DNA of 10,228 bases from Methanobacterium sp. (GTDB lineage Archaea; Methanobacteriota; Methanobacteria; Methanobacteriales; Methanobacteriaceae), in NCBI GenBank assembly GCA_003166335.1, contig PMWA01000066.1, positions 16,674 through 26,901 of the forward strand. Direction: 5' to 3'. The position numbers and the translations under genes are program-made. The notes beneath the pieces are model-generated. The model did not search any database and had not been told where the DNA came from. It saw only the letters and a program-made list of their open reading frames with translations. The first letter of the stretch is position 1, and every line of letters starts with the position of its first letter. Below, piece by piece: positions 7,846-10,228 of the stretch.

Positions 7846-8634
7846 ATGCCGAGATTTGTAGCAATTGCATCAGGAAAGGGTGGAGTTGGAAGAACTACTC
7901 TAACATTTAATTTAGGAGTGGCTATGTCCCTCTTCGGCGAAAAAATTGTTATGCTAGATTTAGATTTAGTAATGGCAAATTTAGACGTTATAACTGGGCT
8001 TTTAAATCCTGATGTGACATTACATGATGTTTTAGTGAGAGATAAATCTATAGAAGACTGTGTATATGAAATAGAAAATGGTATACGAGTAATTCCAACA
8101 GGCATCCACTTTGAAACACTTAAACATATTAATCCTAATTATATATCTTGGAATAAGATAATTAAAGAAGGCGCCAATTATGGTGACATTTTTTTGATGG
8201 ATATACCCGCAGGAATTAACTCTAACGTTTTTGACGGTCTTCCCGAAGACACTGAAATTTTAATAATTACTAATTCTACCATGACTTCTGTCGCTGATGC
8301 TCTTAAGATGAGAATACTCTTTAACGAATTAGATATTAATGTTTTAGGTTTTGTTTTAAATATGTGGTATGATGATAAGTTTCTGCTTTCACCTAATGAA
8401 ATAGAAGCTATATTAGAGATTCCAATTATTAGCATCATCCCCTATGACAGGGAAATGGATCGATCTTTGGCTATGGGAAGATCTGTAGTAGAAGTAAACC
8501 CTTCATCACCAACCAGTAATGCTATAATGCAGCTTGCAGCAGATCTTTTAGGTGAAACCTATGAATCAATCCAACCTGATAAACAAAGCATACTTAACAG
8601 GCTTAAGAAATTTGTGGGTTTACTCCCCGAATAA
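7846..8634 (+). CDS. MinD paralogue with degenerate Walker A (GKGGVGRTT)
   Basis: 262 aa, collinear with the upstream MinD (shared VTLHDVL and [14 protein letters not shown]). The catalytic Lys codon is AGA (Arg) at 7891-7893. It keeps DLD..MANL, MDIPAG and the C-terminal amphipathic helix KQSILNRLKKFVGLL. Confidence 0.88.
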   Translation: MPRFVAIASGKGGVGRTTLTFNLGVAMSLFGEKIVMLDLDLVMANLDVITGLLNPDVTLHDVLVRDKSIEDCVYEIENGIRVIPTGIHFETLKHINPNYISWNKIIKEGANYGDIFLMDIPAGINSNVFDGLPEDTEILIITNSTMTSVADALKMRILFNELDINVLGFVLNMWYDDKFLLSPNEIEAILEIPIISIIPYDREMDRSLAMGRSVVEVNPSSPTSNAIMQLAADLLGETYESIQPDKQSILNRLKKFVGLLPE

Positions 8635-8712
8635 TAATTCAATTGAACTTCAACTTTCAAGGAAATTTAATTATTTTAAGGATAATTCAATTTTTATATA
8701 AATTAAAATCTA

Positions 8713-8733
8713 GAAATGTTGAAGTAACATTTC
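8713..8733. promoter_or_regulatory. Inverted repeat, possible operator upstream of the PfkB kinase gene
   Basis: Perfect 8-bp arms GAAATGTT-gaagt-AACATTTC, lying between two TATA-like elements (~8693-8702 and ~8739-8748). Confidence 0.35.
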
Positions 8734-8772
8734 AAACATTTAATATAAAAAATTTTTTGAGAGGTTTTAACC

Positions 8773-9660
8773 GTGAATAATACTTCTAATGTTGAAGTGA
8801 CTGCTTTAGGCACCTGTAATATTGACTTCATTTTGAAGGTTCCCCGGTTTTCGATGGCAGATGATGAAGTTGATGTAGAGAATATGACGGTATCTCTAGG
8901 TGGATCAGCCTCTAACTTCGCGGTTGGGGTTTCTCGGATGAATGTAAAAGTTGGAATAATTGCCCGGGTAGGATGCGATCAATTTGGCGATTTTGTAACT
9001 GATAAATTTAAAGAAGAAGGTGTTCAAACTCAAAGACTTCTCAAAATCTATCAATCAACCGGTATGGCATTTATTGCTGTTGATAAGAAAGGGGAAAGAT
9101 CCATCTACGCTTCTATGGGAGCTAATGCTCAATTTAAATTAGAGAAAGATGATAAAAAATATATTAAATCATCCAGCATATTACATATCACTGGAATGTA
9201 CCAGGAAGTGGTTGAAAAAGCATCTAAATATGCTAAATTTCTTTCACTAAATCCGGGAACTGTACTTTCATCTTATGGAATTGACTCGTTATATAAAATT
9301 ATTAAAAGAGCTAATATTATATTTTTAAATGAAAAAGAAGTTTTTCTTTTGACAGGAGAAGATTTAGAGAAAGGCGCAAGGATATTATTAGAAATGGGTG
9401 TTCCTATGGTGGTGGTAACTTGTGGTAAACGTGGAGCAAATCTTTACTCATCCGAGGGTGTAATGCATTCTTCTCCTCCAAAAGTTAAGTCTCTGGACAC
9501 AACAGGAGCTGGAGATGCTTTTGCAGCAGGATTTATTGCATCATTCGTTAAAAATGAAGAAATCAGTCAATGTCTTCAATTTGGAAATGTAATGGCTTCA
9601 AAATGTGTGGGTAATTTAGGTGCAATTAATATTCCAAATATTGAACATTTGAAGTTCTAA
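8773..9660 (+). CDS. PfkB/ribokinase-family carbohydrate or nucleoside kinase
   Basis: 295 aa. PfkB signature 1 GGSASNFAVGVSRM...VGCDQFG, FLNEKE motif, and signature 2 DTTGAGDAFAAGFI. GTG start with GAGG RBS. The substrate cannot be determined. Confidence 0.93.
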   Translation: MNNTSNVEVTALGTCNIDFILKVPRFSMADDEVDVENMTVSLGGSASNFAVGVSRMNVKVGIIARVGCDQFGDFVTDKFKEEGVQTQRLLKIYQSTGMAFIAVDKKGERSIYASMGANAQFKLEKDDKKYIKSSSILHITGMYQEVVEKASKYAKFLSLNPGTVLSSYGIDSLYKIIKRANIIFLNEKEVFLLTGEDLEKGARILLEMGVPMVVVTCGKRGANLYSSEGVMHSSPPKVKSLDTTGAGDAFAAGFIASFVKNEEISQCLQFGNVMASKCVGNLGAINIPNIEHLKF

Positions 9661-9684
9661 CTTTTAAGTTAAATATGGGTTTTA

Positions 9685-10228
9685 TTAAATTAAAATCCCA
9701 TAAAAATTTGATGCATTCTTCGTGGAAACTTTTTCTATTTCAGCATCTTCAAATCCAGCAAGTTTCATTTGATGCACAGTTTTAGGAACAGAAAGTGGAT
9801 TTGAGGGGGAAGAACTCATATCACTATTCAAAAGAAATTTCTCAAATCCATATTCATCAAGAAGATTAACTGCATCCTTGGGACTCATTTTTTGTGGTTG
9901 CACAGTAATGCCCAGCATACCTTCAAAATTTATCATAAAGTCTATTATAGAGTTATCAACATGATCTACGAGTACTAATGATGGATTTATGTTTTCATGG
10001 ATTATGTTAGAAGTTATTTGTGTAACATCTCTTTTATTACGCCGAGGAGTATGTACTATTACTTTAATCTCCAATTCCTGAGCTAGTTGGAGTTGTCTTT
10101 TAAAAACATCTTTTTCAGAAGATGAGGCAGTTTCCAACCCTATCTCCCCAATAGCCACCACATCTTCACGCTCTAACAGCAAAGGTAATTTATTTAGAAT
10201 CACTTCAAAATCTGGGGTTATGCTTCTT
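9685..10228 (-). CDS. TatD-family metal-dependent hydrolase (5'-partial)
   Basis: The frame stays open to the window edge (...RSITPDFEVILNKLP). VAIGEIGL, VIVHTPR, VLVDH and LLNSD motifs of the TatD-related TIM-barrel family are present. Confidence 0.88.
   Translation of the reverse strand, partial: RSITPDFEVILNKLPLLLEREDVVAIGEIGLETASSSEKDVFKRQLQLAQELEIKVIVHTPRRNKRDVTQITSNIIHENINPSLVLVDHVDNSIIDFMINFEGMLGITVQPQKMSPKDAVNLLDEYGFEKFLLNSDMSSSPSNPLSVPKTVHQMKLAGFEDAEIEKVSTKNASNFYGILI

Noticed and set aside
6646..8438. Antisense ORFs 6646-6972, 7818-8105 and 8178-8438
   Set aside because: Shadows of the DUF2226-like and minD2 genes. The PTPPFPDA string is simply the reverse complement of the Walker A codons.
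7643..8547. Similar 42-bp segments at 7643-7684 and 8506-8547 as a DNA repeat or gene conversion tract
   Set aside because: Both encode [14 protein letters not shown] but differ at several synonymous positions, which is explained by paralogy and protein-level conservation.
1..10228. CRISPR array, tRNA/rRNA, IS element or integrase, and the frequent TTG/GTG starts as an anomaly
   Set aside because: No regularly spaced repeats, RNA-gene signatures or recombinase/transposase ORFs were seen. Non-ATG starts are common in Methanobacteriales.

Overview
AT-rich window that looks archaeal, most likely a Methanobacteriales methanogen (Methanobacterium-like). The taxon is inferred from gene content, GGAG/GGGGG ribosome-binding sites, TATA-like promoters and oligo-T terminators. 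Gene order: 5'-truncated histone-fold protein with a helical C-terminal extension (+), ZPR1 zinc-finger protein (-), 2-phosphoglycerate-kinase-like P-loop kinase with a 3H-like C-terminal domain (-), stand-alone proteasome-beta-like Ntn hydrolase (+), Roadblock/LC7 protein (-), then a divergent co-oriented run of DUF1611 P-loop protein, SepF, DUF2226-like protein, MinD and a second MinD with a K->R Walker A change (+), PfkB kinase (+), and a 5'-truncated TatD-like hydrolase (-). Two items stand out. One is the Roadblock / DUF1611-SepF-DUF2226-MinD-MinD* cluster, a candidate MinC/MinE-independent division-site or polarity module. The other is the orphan, propeptide-less proteasome-like protease. 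No rRNA, tRNA, CRISPR array or transposase was seen. All family calls come from motif recognition by eye, not database searches.
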